A stretch of 32,000 nucleotides of DNA from Hyphomonadaceae bacterium (GCA_016791425.1 JAEUMQ010000001.1:33138-65137), one strand, 5' to 3'. Shown: positions 16,802-23,797, counted from the first letter of the stretch. The notes: generated from the letters alone by a model not told the origin. Numbers and translations: made by a program.

Positions 16802-16968
16802 GTTCGTGCATCGGGATAGGCCCGCATCAATGCTTCAAGGTCCGTGCGCGACAGCGGCGCCGGCGCCCGCGTCAGCGCGCGCCATTCCCTCACGCTGAGC
16901 CGCCAGAACGCTTCCGGCGCGAGCCCAAGCGAAAGCGCCAGCGCCAGCCACGCCCGCCACGGGATCAT
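16798..16968 (-). CDS. GTA g10.1 homolog: small tail-assembly protein, 56 aa (absent from the supplied ORF track because it is under 60 aa)
   Basis: My own translation is MIPWRAWLALALSLGLAPEAFWRLSVREWRALTRAPAPLSRTDLEALMRAYPDART*. The ATG is at 16968, 10 nt after the g10 stop, and its TGA overlaps the g11 ATG (ATGA at 16801-16798). It has high GC3 and the expected position between g10 and g11. Confidence 0.75.
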   Translation of the reverse strand: MIPWRAWLALALSLGLAPEAFWRLSVREWRALTRAPAPLSRTDLEALMRAYPDART

Positions 16969-16978
16969 CTTCGCCCAA

Positions 16979-17269
16979 TCATTCCTCGAACGCCACGCGG
17001 AACGCCGCCGCGACCGCGCTCGCCGCTTCGCGCGGATCGATCCTCGCCGCCGCGAGCTCCGCTCCCGGCCTGCCCGTCAGCGCCGCCAGGATCGTGATGA
17101 GATCCGACGCGGAGAGATGCGCCAGCCGCTCCCCGAGCGCGGCGAAGCCGTCAGTGTCGAACGCCGCCTCAAGCTCCGCGAGCGCGCCGAGCGTCAGGCA
17201 AAGCCGGACCGGCGCGCCGTCGATCGCGAGCACGACCTCGCCGCGCGCGCGATTGCGAAGCGCGCTCAT
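16979..17269 (-). CDS. GTA g10 homolog: gene-transfer-agent family protein / tail assembly chaperone
   Basis: MSALRNRARGEVVLAIDGAPVRLCLTLGALAELEAAF...LSASDLITILAALTG is typical of the small GTA g10 family. There is an ATGA overlap with the g9 stop. Confidence 0.82.
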   Translation of the reverse strand: MSALRNRARGEVVLAIDGAPVRLCLTLGALAELEAAFDTDGFAALGERLAHLSASDLITILAALTGRPGAELAAARIDPREAASAVAAAFRVAFEE

Positions 17270-17685
17270 GCGGCGGTGAAGCTGATCGCGCCCGCCGACG
17301 CGAGCGTCACCGCGAACGCCGCCTCGCCGTCATGATCGCCGGTATAGTCCAGCGCCTCGATCAGGAACGCGCCCGTCAGCGTCCCGAAGCTCGGGATGAT
17401 GAGCTGCCAATTGCCCGCCGTCTGCGCGAAGAAGGCCGCGCGCATCGCCGCGTCCGAGGCAGCGTCCTTGAACACGCCCGCGCCGGTCACGGTCGCGGAC
17501 TTGACGCCGGCGCCGGCGATGAGCTCGCGCCAGGCGTCCGTGCTCTCCGCGCTTGTCGCGTCCACCGAGCGTGCGTTGAGCGAGATGGTCTTGGCGCGCA
17601 AGCCCGCGATCGTGGTGAACGTCTCGCTCGGCGAGCCGCCGTCGCCGATCTTCAAGAGAACGTCGCGTCCCTTCTGTCCAGCCAT
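17266..17685 (-). CDS. GTA g9 homolog: major tail protein (TP901-1-like family)
   Basis: The product is MAGQKGRDVLLKIGDGGSPSETFTTIAGLRAKTISLNARSVDATSAES...WRELIAGAGVKSATVTGAGVFKD... A GAGGAAG Shine-Dalgarno sequence lies 6 nt upstream of the ATG at 17685. Confidence 0.88.
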   Translation of the reverse strand: MAGQKGRDVLLKIGDGGSPSETFTTIAGLRAKTISLNARSVDATSAESTDAWRELIAGAGVKSATVTGAGVFKDAASDAAMRAAFFAQTAGNWQLIIPSFGTLTGAFLIEALDYTGDHDGEAAFAVTLASAGAISFTAA

Positions 17686-17697
17686 GGTGTAGCTTCC

Positions 17698-18105
17698 TCA
17701 GTTCGGTTCTGTAATCGCGCGGAGGCGCAGGATGCCGTGCGTCGTCTGTCCGTCGCCGGCGCGGAACGCATCGGCGAACACCGCGTGCAGCAGCACCAGC
17801 CGATGCCCGCTCAAGCTGAGCGCCTGGTCGTGCAACGCGCCCCGCAGCGCACCCAGCGCCTCGAGCGCTTCCGCCCGCCCGCCATGCCGCGACCACACGT
17901 GCAATGTCACGACATGCTCCAGGGCCGCCTGCGAGGCCGAATCCGCTGGCCGGCTCTGGAAGCCGCCGAACGTGGCGTACGGAAACACCGCATCCGGCGG
18001 ATGATCGTCGTGCATGCGAGCGGGATCCCCGAGAACCGCCTGCACGCCCGCATCGGCCGTGGCCGCCGCGCGGATCGCCGCGCCCAGCGCCCGTTCCGCG
18101 CTCAT
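17698..18105 (-). CDS. GTA g8 homolog: DUF3168-type tail completion protein
   Basis: From ATG 18105 (ATGA overlap with the g7 stop) the product is MSAERALGAAIRAAATADAGVQAVLGDPARMHDDHPPDAVFPYATFGGFQSRPADSAS..., 135 aa. The longer track ORF (to 18201) would overlap g7 by 100 nt. Confidence 0.8.
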   Translation of the reverse strand: MSAERALGAAIRAAATADAGVQAVLGDPARMHDDHPPDAVFPYATFGGFQSRPADSASQAALEHVVTLHVWSRHGGRAEALEALGALRGALHDQALSLSGHRLVLLHAVFADAFRAGDGQTTHGILRLRAITEPN

Positions 18106-18413
18106 AGGCGCTCCTCCACGCAGGCAAGCTCGAGGAGCGCATCCGTCCCCGCGATCACGGCATCGATCCGAAACACGCGCTCGTTCCAAAGCACGCGCCA
18201 ACCCGCGCGCACATCGCTCGGCGCCCGGATCGTCACACGATACGAAGCGTTCGAGAGCGCGCCGTCATATCCAGCGCCCGCGGAGCCCGCACCGGGGCTT
18301 ATCTCCGCCCACACCTCGCCTGCATCGCTCCAGGAGATCTCCGCGCCGCCGAGATCGTCGCTCACGCGCTCCGGCGATTGCAGCGTGATGCGCGCCCGCA
18401 ATTTCTCGATCAT
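18102..18413 (-). CDS. GTA g7 homolog: head-tail adaptor / head closure protein
   Basis: RITLQSPERVSDDLGGAEISWSDAGEVWAEISP...YRVTIRAPSDVRAGWRVLWNERVFRIDAV is the classic phage head-tail adaptor pattern. There is an ATGA overlap with the g6 stop. Confidence 0.88.
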   Translation of the reverse strand: MIEKLRARITLQSPERVSDDLGGAEISWSDAGEVWAEISPGAGSAGAGYDGALSNASYRVTIRAPSDVRAGWRVLWNERVFRIDAVIAGTDALLELACVEERL

Positions 18414-18970
18414 AGCCGCGCCGGCGCGAACGGACGCATCAGCGCCCGCGCCGTCTCCGGCAACGGCCCATCGCCGATGCGCGTGTCATAGAGCGCCGCC
18501 ACGACATGCAGCACCGCCAGCCGCAGCGCGACCGGCAGATCTTCTGCGGCCTCCGCCAGGCCCGCATCGTAATCGATCTCGACCGCGCCGGCGCTTCGCA
18601 GGATCGCCGGCAAGCCGCTCTCGAACACGAGCCGCGGCCGATCGCGTGCGCCATCGAGCCGATAGCGCTCCGGATCGATCACGCTCTCCGTGCCGTTGCG
18701 CGCGACGAGGCGCACCGCGACGACGTTCGTCGCCGGACCGATCGAGAGCAGCGCGCCGCCGACCGCGTCGCGCCGCCAGATGTCGAGGCTCTCGCGCACG
18801 CGCCGCGAGATGAGCGCGCGCCCGCACCCGGTCTCGACCGCTTCGCGCGCCGCCACGATCAAGAGACTGATCAGATCATCCTCCACCGCGTGGTCCACGC
18901 GCAGGAAGAGCTTCGCCTCCGCCAGCGAGACCGGCTCGCTGGCGGGAGGCGTGAGAATACGAACGGACAT
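18410..18970 (-). CDS. GTA g6 homolog: head-tail connector (gp6-like)
   Basis: ILTPPASEPVSLAEAKLFLRVDHAVEDDLISLLIVAAREAVETGCGRALI is the gp6-like connector N-terminus. An AAGGAG Shine-Dalgarno sequence lies 4 nt upstream of the ATG at 18970. Confidence 0.85.
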   Translation of the reverse strand: MSVRILTPPASEPVSLAEAKLFLRVDHAVEDDLISLLIVAAREAVETGCGRALISRRVRESLDIWRRDAVGGALLSIGPATNVVAVRLVARNGTESVIDPERYRLDGARDRPRLVFESGLPAILRSAGAVEIDYDAGLAEAAEDLPVALRLAVLHVVAALYDTRIGDGPLPETARALMRPFAPARL

Positions 18971-18981
18971 GATGCTCCTTT

Positions 18982-19119
18982 CCTCCCCCGTTCACGGGGG
19001 AGGTGTCGCTCGCAGCGCGAGCGACGGAGGGGGCGCAGCAGCGCAAGCGGAACGAACCGTTCACCCGCACGCGCCCCCTCAGTCAGCTTCGCTGACAGCT
19101 CCCCCGCAAGCGGAGGAGC
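18982..19119. repeat. REP-like composite stem-loop element (family 1, copy A) filling the g5/g6 spacer
   Basis: There are five hairpins. H1 is cctccccc/gggggagg (18982-19003, 6-nt loop). H2 is gtcgctcgc/gcgagcgac (19005-19025, 3-nt loop). H3 is the long-range pair gagggggcgc (19027-19036) with gcgccccctc (19071-19080). H4 is gtcagc/gctgac (19082-19096). H5 is the imperfect gctcccccgc/gcggaggagc (19098-19119). The core 18994-19037 matches 28083-28126 at 43 of 44 positions. Confidence 0.8.
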
Positions 19120-19147
19120 AAACCGCCGAGTTCTGCGGCGTTGCGTT

Positions 19148-20350
19148 CTAGCTCGCGGCGAACTTCATCAGCTTCACGGCGTCGAAATGCTGCACGCCGC
19201 CGCCGACGCGCTTGGTCACATAGAAGAGCACGTAGGGCTTCATCGAGTAGGGGTCGCGCAGCACCCGCACGCCTGCCCGATCGACGATGAGGTAGAAGCG
19301 CGCGAAATCGCCGAACGCGATCGAATACGAGTTCGCCGCCACGTCCGGCATCTCCTCCACTTCCGTGATCGGATAGCCGAGGATCGCCGATCCAGCGCCG
19401 CCATCGGTCGGCTGCCAGATATACGCGTCGTTCGCGTCCTTGAGCTTGCGCACCTTCGCCAACGTCTTCCGGTTCATCACGAACCGCGCGTTCTGCCGGA
19501 ATTGCGGCTTCGGCGTGTAGACGAGGTCGATGATCTTATCGACCGGATCGCTCGACGCGAAATCGCCCGACGCGCCGGAAAGCACGAACCCGACTTTCTC
19601 CCACGCATGGCTGCCTTCCGCGACCTTGTCGTAATCAAGGAAGCCGGCCGGCTGGTTCTCGCCCGTACCGGAGACGAACGCCGTGCGCTCCTGCGCGGCG
19701 AACGCCTCCTCCACTTCGCTCGCGATCCATTCCTCGAGATTGACGAACGTGTCGTCGAGCAACGTCTGGGTGGCGGCGAGATTGGCGTAGAGCTCGGCGG
19801 TGGGGAATTCCAGCAGCGACAGCGTCGGCGCCGTCGTCTCGTCGCGGTCGGCGGTCTCCGCCACCCAGCCCGAGCCGGCGGCGGTGATCGACACCGGCTT
19901 CTTGAACACGTTGGCGCCCGTGGTGCGCACCGTCGCGATCGTCCGCATCGGCGACACCGCCTTCAGGCGGTTCTCGATCAGCCGGTCGAGATCCGGCGGC
20001 GCGAAATAGCCGTCCGTGTCGCCCGTCACCGACAGCGCCTTCGCCTCGATCCGCGCGAGCGCGCTTTCATCGCCGCGCCGAAGATAAGCGCCCCAGGCCG
20101 ACTTGCGCTCCGACATCTGCGGATCGGCCGCCAGCGCCGGGCGCCGCCCATTCAAGGCGATGCGCTCGATCATCGCCTTCTGCTCGGCGAGCGCGCGGTC
20201 GATCCGATCGACCTTCTCTTCCAGCAGCACGTCGCCGCGCTTGCCTTCGATCGCCGCGAGCCGCTGGTCGTTCGTCTCCTTGAAGCTCTCGAACGTGCGC
20301 ATGAGCGCTTCGGCCTCCGCTGAAGGCGCGGCCTTGGTTTCCTTTCTCAC
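19148..20350 (-). CDS. GTA g5 homolog: HK97-fold major capsid protein
   Basis: ...AEAEALMRTFESFKETNDQRLAAIE... is a scaffold-like delta region, followed by a typical HK97 capsid body (...LSLLEFPTAELYANLAATQTLLDD..., ...YIWQPT..., ...GYPITEVEEMPD...). The preferred start is the GTG at 20350, preceded by AAAGGAAG. The alternative TTG at 20365 overlaps the g4 stop. Confidence 0.9.
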   Translation of the reverse strand: MRKETKAAPSAEAEALMRTFESFKETNDQRLAAIEGKRGDVLLEEKVDRIDRALAEQKAMIERIALNGRRPALAADPQMSERKSAWGAYLRRGDESALARIEAKALSVTGDTDGYFAPPDLDRLIENRLKAVSPMRTIATVRTTGANVFKKPVSITAAGSGWVAETADRDETTAPTLSLLEFPTAELYANLAATQTLLDDTFVNLEEWIASEVEEAFAAQERTAFVSGTGENQPAGFLDYDKVAEGSHAWEKVGFVLSGASGDFASSDPVDKIIDLVYTPKPQFRQNARFVMNRKTLAKVRKLKDANDAYIWQPTDGGAGSAILGYPITEVEEMPDVAANSYSIAFGDFARFYLIVDRAGVRVLRDPYSMKPYVLFYVTKRVGGGVQHFDAVKLMKFAAS

Positions 20351-20361
20351 GTTGCTTCCTT

Positions 20362-20787
20362 TCAAGCTGCGCGGGCGCTCGCCCGCGTGGTGTTGAGCCG
20401 CGCCAGCGGCTGCATCGGAAGCGCCACGATCGACACTTCCAGAAGCTCAAGTTCGATGAGCAGGCGCCCCCCGCCCTTGATGGGCTCGGACGCATGCGTG
20501 ATGAAGCCGATCGACAGCCCGTCCACGCCGCGCTCGAGCATGCGCCGCGCGCGCCGCGCCGCCGGCGCGTCCGCTTCGATCAGCCCACGGAGGAAAAGCC
20601 CGCGACCGTCCTCGCGCGCCTCGCGCCAGCGTCCGGCGAGCAGCCGCTGCTCATGATGCAGCAGCAGCGGCAGCGGCGCCCGCCGCCGCGCCAGGCTCTC
20701 GCGAAACGCGCCCGCGCGCACGACGTCGCCCACGAGGTCCGCCGCGCCGAACAGCGCCGCGTACCCCTCCACCGCAATCTCCTGCAT
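20362..20787 (-). CDS. GTA g4 homolog: HK97-family prohead protease (141 aa)
   Basis: From ATG 20787 the product is MQEIAVEGYAALFGAADLVGDVVRAGAFRESL...PLLLHHEQ (His context)...VDGLSIGF (Ser context)...ELELLEVSIVALPMQP. The longer track ORF to 21006 overlaps g3.5 and is rejected. Confidence 0.85.
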   Translation of the reverse strand: MQEIAVEGYAALFGAADLVGDVVRAGAFRESLARRRAPLPLLLHHEQRLLAGRWREAREDGRGLFLRGLIEADAPAARRARRMLERGVDGLSIGFITHASEPIKGGGRLLIELELLEVSIVALPMQPLARLNTTRASARAA

Positions 20788-20791
20788 AGGC

Positions 20792-21016
20792 TCAGTCGCG
20801 CTCGAGCCGACGCTCGATCCGCGCGAGGGACGCGCGCGCCTGTCCGAGCTGCTCTTCCAGGCGCACCAGTCGCTCGGCCATCTCGTCCGTCTTCGCGATG
20901 CGCGCCTCGACCGCGTCGAGCCGCGCCGCGGCCTTGCCGGTCCAGATGAATCCGCCCGCCGCCTGCAGCACGACCGCGACCATGAGCGCGAGCGTGATCC
21001 GCGCATCGATCTTCAT
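20792..21016 (-). CDS. GTA g3.5 homolog: small membrane/coiled-coil protein, 74 aa
   Basis: The product is MKIDARITLALMVAVVLQAAGGFIWTGKAAARLDAVEARIAKTDEMAERLVRLEEQLGQARASLARIERRLERD. The ATG at 21016 forms an ATGA overlap with the portal stop. It has one TM helix plus a coiled coil and sits between portal and protease, as in RcGTA. Confidence 0.75.
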   Translation of the reverse strand: MKIDARITLALMVAVVLQAAGGFIWTGKAAARLDAVEARIAKTDEMAERLVRLEEQLGQARASLARIERRLERD

Positions 21017-22167
21017 GGCGTCTCCACGCCCGCCAGGCGCCGCTTCTCCGCGTCCGTGAGGAAGTCCGCGCCCGACAAACGCGACCACAATTCCCCGTTC
21101 TGCGCCTCCCGCTCGCTCGCCAGCGCCGGCACGCTCTCCAGATCCAGGCTCACGCGCGCCGTCTCTCCGCCCCAGCGATCGCCGAGCCACGTCTCGATCG
21201 CCCGCGCCGCCTTCATCGCGAGCGGCAGCGCGGTCTGGCGCCAGAACGCGAGATTGGCTTCGCGATAATTCGAATACGTGTTGTCGCCCGGTATCCCCAG
21301 CAGCATCGGCGGCGCCCCGAACGCCAGCGCGATCTCCCGCGCCGCCGCGTGCCTGGCCTCGATGAAATCCATGTCGGCCGGCGTCAGGCTCATCGGTTTC
21401 CAATCCAGCCCTCCCTCGAGCAGCAGCGGACGCCCTGCGTTCGCGGCGCCCATGTGCGCTTCCTCCAGCTCCGCCTTGAGGCGCTGGAATTGCTCTTCGC
21501 TCAAACGGTCCGCGCCGCCGACGCCGCTGAACACGAGCGCGCCCGAAGGCCGCGCGGCGTTGTCGATCAGCGCCTTGTTCCAGGCCCCGCCCGCATTATG
21601 GATGTCGATCGCGTAGGCGGCCGCCTCCATCGGCGAGAGCCCGAGCCAATCGTCGGTCGGATGGAAGAGCTTGAGGTGCAGGATCGGCGCATGCTCGCTG
21701 ATCGGATCGCGATCGAAGCGCCGCACGACGCTGCCGGCGCGATATTCCCATCCGATCGGCCAGCCATTGCCGCCCGCGATCACCCGCATCCGGTCCGGCC
21801 GCAACACGAAGATCTCGCGCGGCGGTTCATCCTCGAACGCCGACGCCTCGAGGAACGCATTGCCCGACACCTGCAGATGCCCGAAGAACGCCTCCAGCAA
21901 TTCCACGCCCGTCTGCTCCGGGTTCGGGCGCCTCAGAAGCTCCGCTAGCGGATGATCTTCCGGCGTCACCCTGAGCGGCGCGCTCGCCGCCGCTTCCGCG
22001 ATCAGCCGCACGCACCGATACGCCACCGCATTGCGCGCATATCCCTCGCGCGCGAACGCGGTCGGATCGCGGCACGGCCACACCGGCGCGCCGACGCCGA
22101 AAGCCAGGAACTTCCGTTCGACGCGAACCTTCCGGTCCGCGCCGCGCAGCCAATCGAACAGTCTCAT
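21013..22167 (-). CDS. GTA g3 homolog: HK97-family portal protein
   Basis: The 384-aa product has portal-family segments (NAVAYRCVRLIAEAAASAPL..., GNAFLE..., LKLFHPTDDWLGLSPMEAAAYAIDIHNAGGAWNKALIDNAARPSGAL..., MLLGIPGDNTYSNYREANLAFWRQT). It follows TerL. Confidence 0.9.
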   Translation of the reverse strand: MRLFDWLRGADRKVRVERKFLAFGVGAPVWPCRDPTAFAREGYARNAVAYRCVRLIAEAAASAPLRVTPEDHPLAELLRRPNPEQTGVELLEAFFGHLQVSGNAFLEASAFEDEPPREIFVLRPDRMRVIAGGNGWPIGWEYRAGSVVRRFDRDPISEHAPILHLKLFHPTDDWLGLSPMEAAAYAIDIHNAGGAWNKALIDNAARPSGALVFSGVGGADRLSEEQFQRLKAELEEAHMGAANAGRPLLLEGGLDWKPMSLTPADMDFIEARHAAAREIALAFGAPPMLLGIPGDNTYSNYREANLAFWRQTALPLAMKAARAIETWLGDRWGGETARVSLDLESVPALASEREAQNGELWSRLSGADFLTDAEKRRLAGVETP

Positions 22168-22185
22168 GTCGCTTTCCAGAGGGGC

Positions 22186-23499
22186 TCAGAGCGGCCGCAG
22201 GCGCGGCCGCACGTCCTTCACCAGCAATTCCGTGATCGCCCAGACGAGCGCGTCGAGCCGGTCGGGACTGCCGATGAAGCCGGGCGCCCCGAACGAACAC
22301 ATCTCGTCTTCAAGCTCGGCGAACACGCTCGCGTGGCTGACCCGCCCGCGAATGTAGAGCGCCGAAACCGGCAGCGCGCGCTCGTGCTTGCTGACCCGCG
22401 CGTTCACCAGCCGCACGGCCGTGTCGCCGGCGACCAGCTTCAACATTGCGCGCACCAGCTCGCCGCCATTGTTCGCTTCCGCCACGATCGCCTCGGCATT
22501 CAGCGAACGCGCCAGCCTGGCCGCCGCGCTCGCCCATTCCTCCGGGCGCGCGCCTTGCAGGCTGGCGTCGGCCAGAACGATCGCGCGCCGATCCGCTTCC
22601 CCGCCATAGGCGCCCGCCGCGACGATGCCGCACGCGTTCGACGCCTTGCCGATGCTCACCGGCGGATCCACCGCCACCAGGATCCGATCGAGACCGGGCA
22701 GCGAAGGCGCCCGCACGGATTCGATCAGCTCGCGCGTCCAGAGCGCGCCGGCCGGATCCTCGATCAGCGCCCCGGCGAGCTCCTGCCGGTCGTGCACCGA
22801 GCCGGTCCAGCGCGCCCGCAGCGCGGCCAGAAAATCCGGCGCCAGATTGTGCGCATTGGCCCATGTCGAGGCCAGCGTGCGCACGGTGTCGGACGCGCCG
22901 AGCAATCGCTTCAGCGCCGCCAGCGGCCGCGGCGTGGTGGTCAGCGCAAGCTTCGGCGCTTCCCCGAGCCGCAGGCCGTGCAGCAGCGCGCCAAGCGTCG
23001 CCTCCGGCTGCGCCCAGTAGCAGAACTCGTCGCCCCACGCGGCGTCGAATTGCGGTCCGCGCAGGCTTTCTGGATCCTCCGCCGAGAAGAAGTGCGCCTC
23101 CGCGCCGTTCTCCCACACCACGCGCCGCCTGGTCGGCTCGATCGCCGGGCGCTCGCCTGCGCCGGCGCGCAATCCCGCCGGCCCTTCGATCATCACTTCG
23201 CGCGCATCGTTGAACGTCGGCGCAACGAGCGCCACGCGGCCGGCCTGGCCGGCGCGCACGATCCGCTTCACCCATGCCGCGCCGGCTTCGGTCTTGCCCG
23301 CCCCGCGTCCCCCGAGGAACACCCATGTGCGCCACGGTCCCGGCGGCGGCAGCTGCGCATCGTGCGCCCAGAATTCCCAGTCACGGTTGAGGAGCCTGAG
23401 CTCCGCTCCCGTCAGGCTCTCCAAGAAGGTCTTCAGCTCTGTCGGCGCCGATGAAGCGAGCGATGCGACGCTCCAGGTTCGCGCGAAGCTCTTCGTCAT
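22186..23499 (-). CDS. GTA g2 homolog: terminase large subunit (TerL)
   Basis: The N-terminus is ...LESLTGAELRLLNRDWEFWAHDAQLPPPGPWRTWVFLGGRGAGKTEAGAAWV (Walker A GGRGAGKT), and the C-terminal nuclease half includes ILVAVDPPVS... and ...IVAEANNGGELV... The ATG at 23499 is the only canonical start upstream of the conserved N-terminal region. It overlaps g1 out of frame by 119 nt. Confidence 0.9.
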   Translation of the reverse strand: MTKSFARTWSVASLASSAPTELKTFLESLTGAELRLLNRDWEFWAHDAQLPPPGPWRTWVFLGGRGAGKTEAGAAWVKRIVRAGQAGRVALVAPTFNDAREVMIEGPAGLRAGAGERPAIEPTRRRVVWENGAEAHFFSAEDPESLRGPQFDAAWGDEFCYWAQPEATLGALLHGLRLGEAPKLALTTTPRPLAALKRLLGASDTVRTLASTWANAHNLAPDFLAALRARWTGSVHDRQELAGALIEDPAGALWTRELIESVRAPSLPGLDRILVAVDPPVSIGKASNACGIVAAGAYGGEADRRAIVLADASLQGARPEEWASAAARLARSLNAEAIVAEANNGGELVRAMLKLVAGDTAVRLVNARVSKHERALPVSALYIRGRVSHASVFAELEDEMCSFGAPGFIGSPDRLDALVWAITELLVKDVRPRLRPL

Positions 23500-23728
23500 T
23501 TTCTTCCGGCCGCTGTCCGAGCGCGAGCGCGTTGAGCTCCTCTACGTCCTTGAGCGCCTTGCAGAGCGCCGAGACCGCCTTGCCCGCGCGCTCCGCCTGC
23601 ACCGCATCGCCGGCTGCGAGCGCCCCTTGCGCATCTTGCAGCGCCCGGCTCAGCCGCGCCGACCAGATTTCCAGCGCCGGGGGTTCCTCAAGGCCGGAAC
23701 CGCCGCCTGCGCCCAATTGTTTGACCAT
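23381..23728 (-). CDS. GTA g1 homolog: small-terminase-like protein (115 aa)
   Basis: This is the first gene of the cluster. It is small and helical (ARLSRALQDAQGALAAGDAVQAERAGKAVSALCKALKDVEELNALALGQRPEENDEELRANLERRIARF) with no recognisable HTH. An AGGA lies 7 nt upstream of the ATG at 23728. Confidence 0.7.
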   Translation of the reverse strand: MVKQLGAGGGSGLEEPPALEIWSARLSRALQDAQGALAAGDAVQAERAGKAVSALCKALKDVEELNALALGQRPEENDEELRANLERRIARFIGADRAEDLLGEPDGSGAQAPQP

Positions 23729-23773
23729 GACCTATCCTAGGCACGGGTCCGGGTCGGTCGGATAAGTTTCTGC

Positions 23774-23797
23774 GGACAAGGCCTCAAACCCTTGTCC
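23774..23797. promoter_or_regulatory. 8-bp perfect inverted repeat ggacaagg-N8-ccttgtcc upstream of GTA g1
   Basis: It lies 46-69 nt upstream of the g1 ATG, in the 262-bp spacer shared divergently with the PBP gene. It could be a protein operator or a 5'-UTR hairpin. No CtrA-type TTAA-N7-TTAA box is visible in this spacer. Confidence 0.25.

Larger units (their letters stand above)
10557..23728 (-). mobile_element. RcGTA-type gene transfer agent (GTA) head-tail structural cluster, 17 co-directional genes g1-g15, 13,172 bp
   Basis: The minus-strand gene order is TerS-like g1, TerL, portal, g3.5, prohead protease, HK97 capsid, connector, adaptor, DUF3168, major tail, g10, g10.1, short tape measure, TIGR02217-like, DUF2163-like, NlpC/P60, and a ~1270-aa g15. 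This matches the Rhodobacter capsulatus GTA order gene for gene. The window contains no integrase, excisionase, repressor, replication or lysis genes, and the flanks are housekeeping genes (a J-protein and a class A PBP). Confidence 0.88.

Noticed and set aside
16969-17269. Programmed -1 frameshift between the tail chaperones g10 and g10.1, as in the lambda G/GT paradigm.
   Set aside because: g10.1 is in the +1 frame relative to g10, not -1. It has its own ATG 10 nt after the g10 stop, and I see no slippery heptamer near the g10 3' end. It is kept only as a remote possibility.
20792-21403. A 203-aa track ORF, and the 214-aa ORF at 20362-21006, both overlapping the portal 3' end.
   Set aside because: Only the last 74 codons (g3.5, from ATG 21016) and the last 141 codons (protease, from ATG 20787) look like real proteins. 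The upstream parts are Gly/Arg-rich shadow sequence inside the portal gene.
10557-23728. Interpretation of the cluster as an ordinary, possibly cryptic, prophage.
   Set aside because: No integrase, excisionase, repressor/antirepressor, replication, holin/endolysin or tRNA/att features occur within or next to it in this window. Its size (13.2 kb), gene order and the g12-g15 module are GTA-specific. A prophage context beyond what I can see cannot be absolutely excluded, but both flanks here are housekeeping genes.
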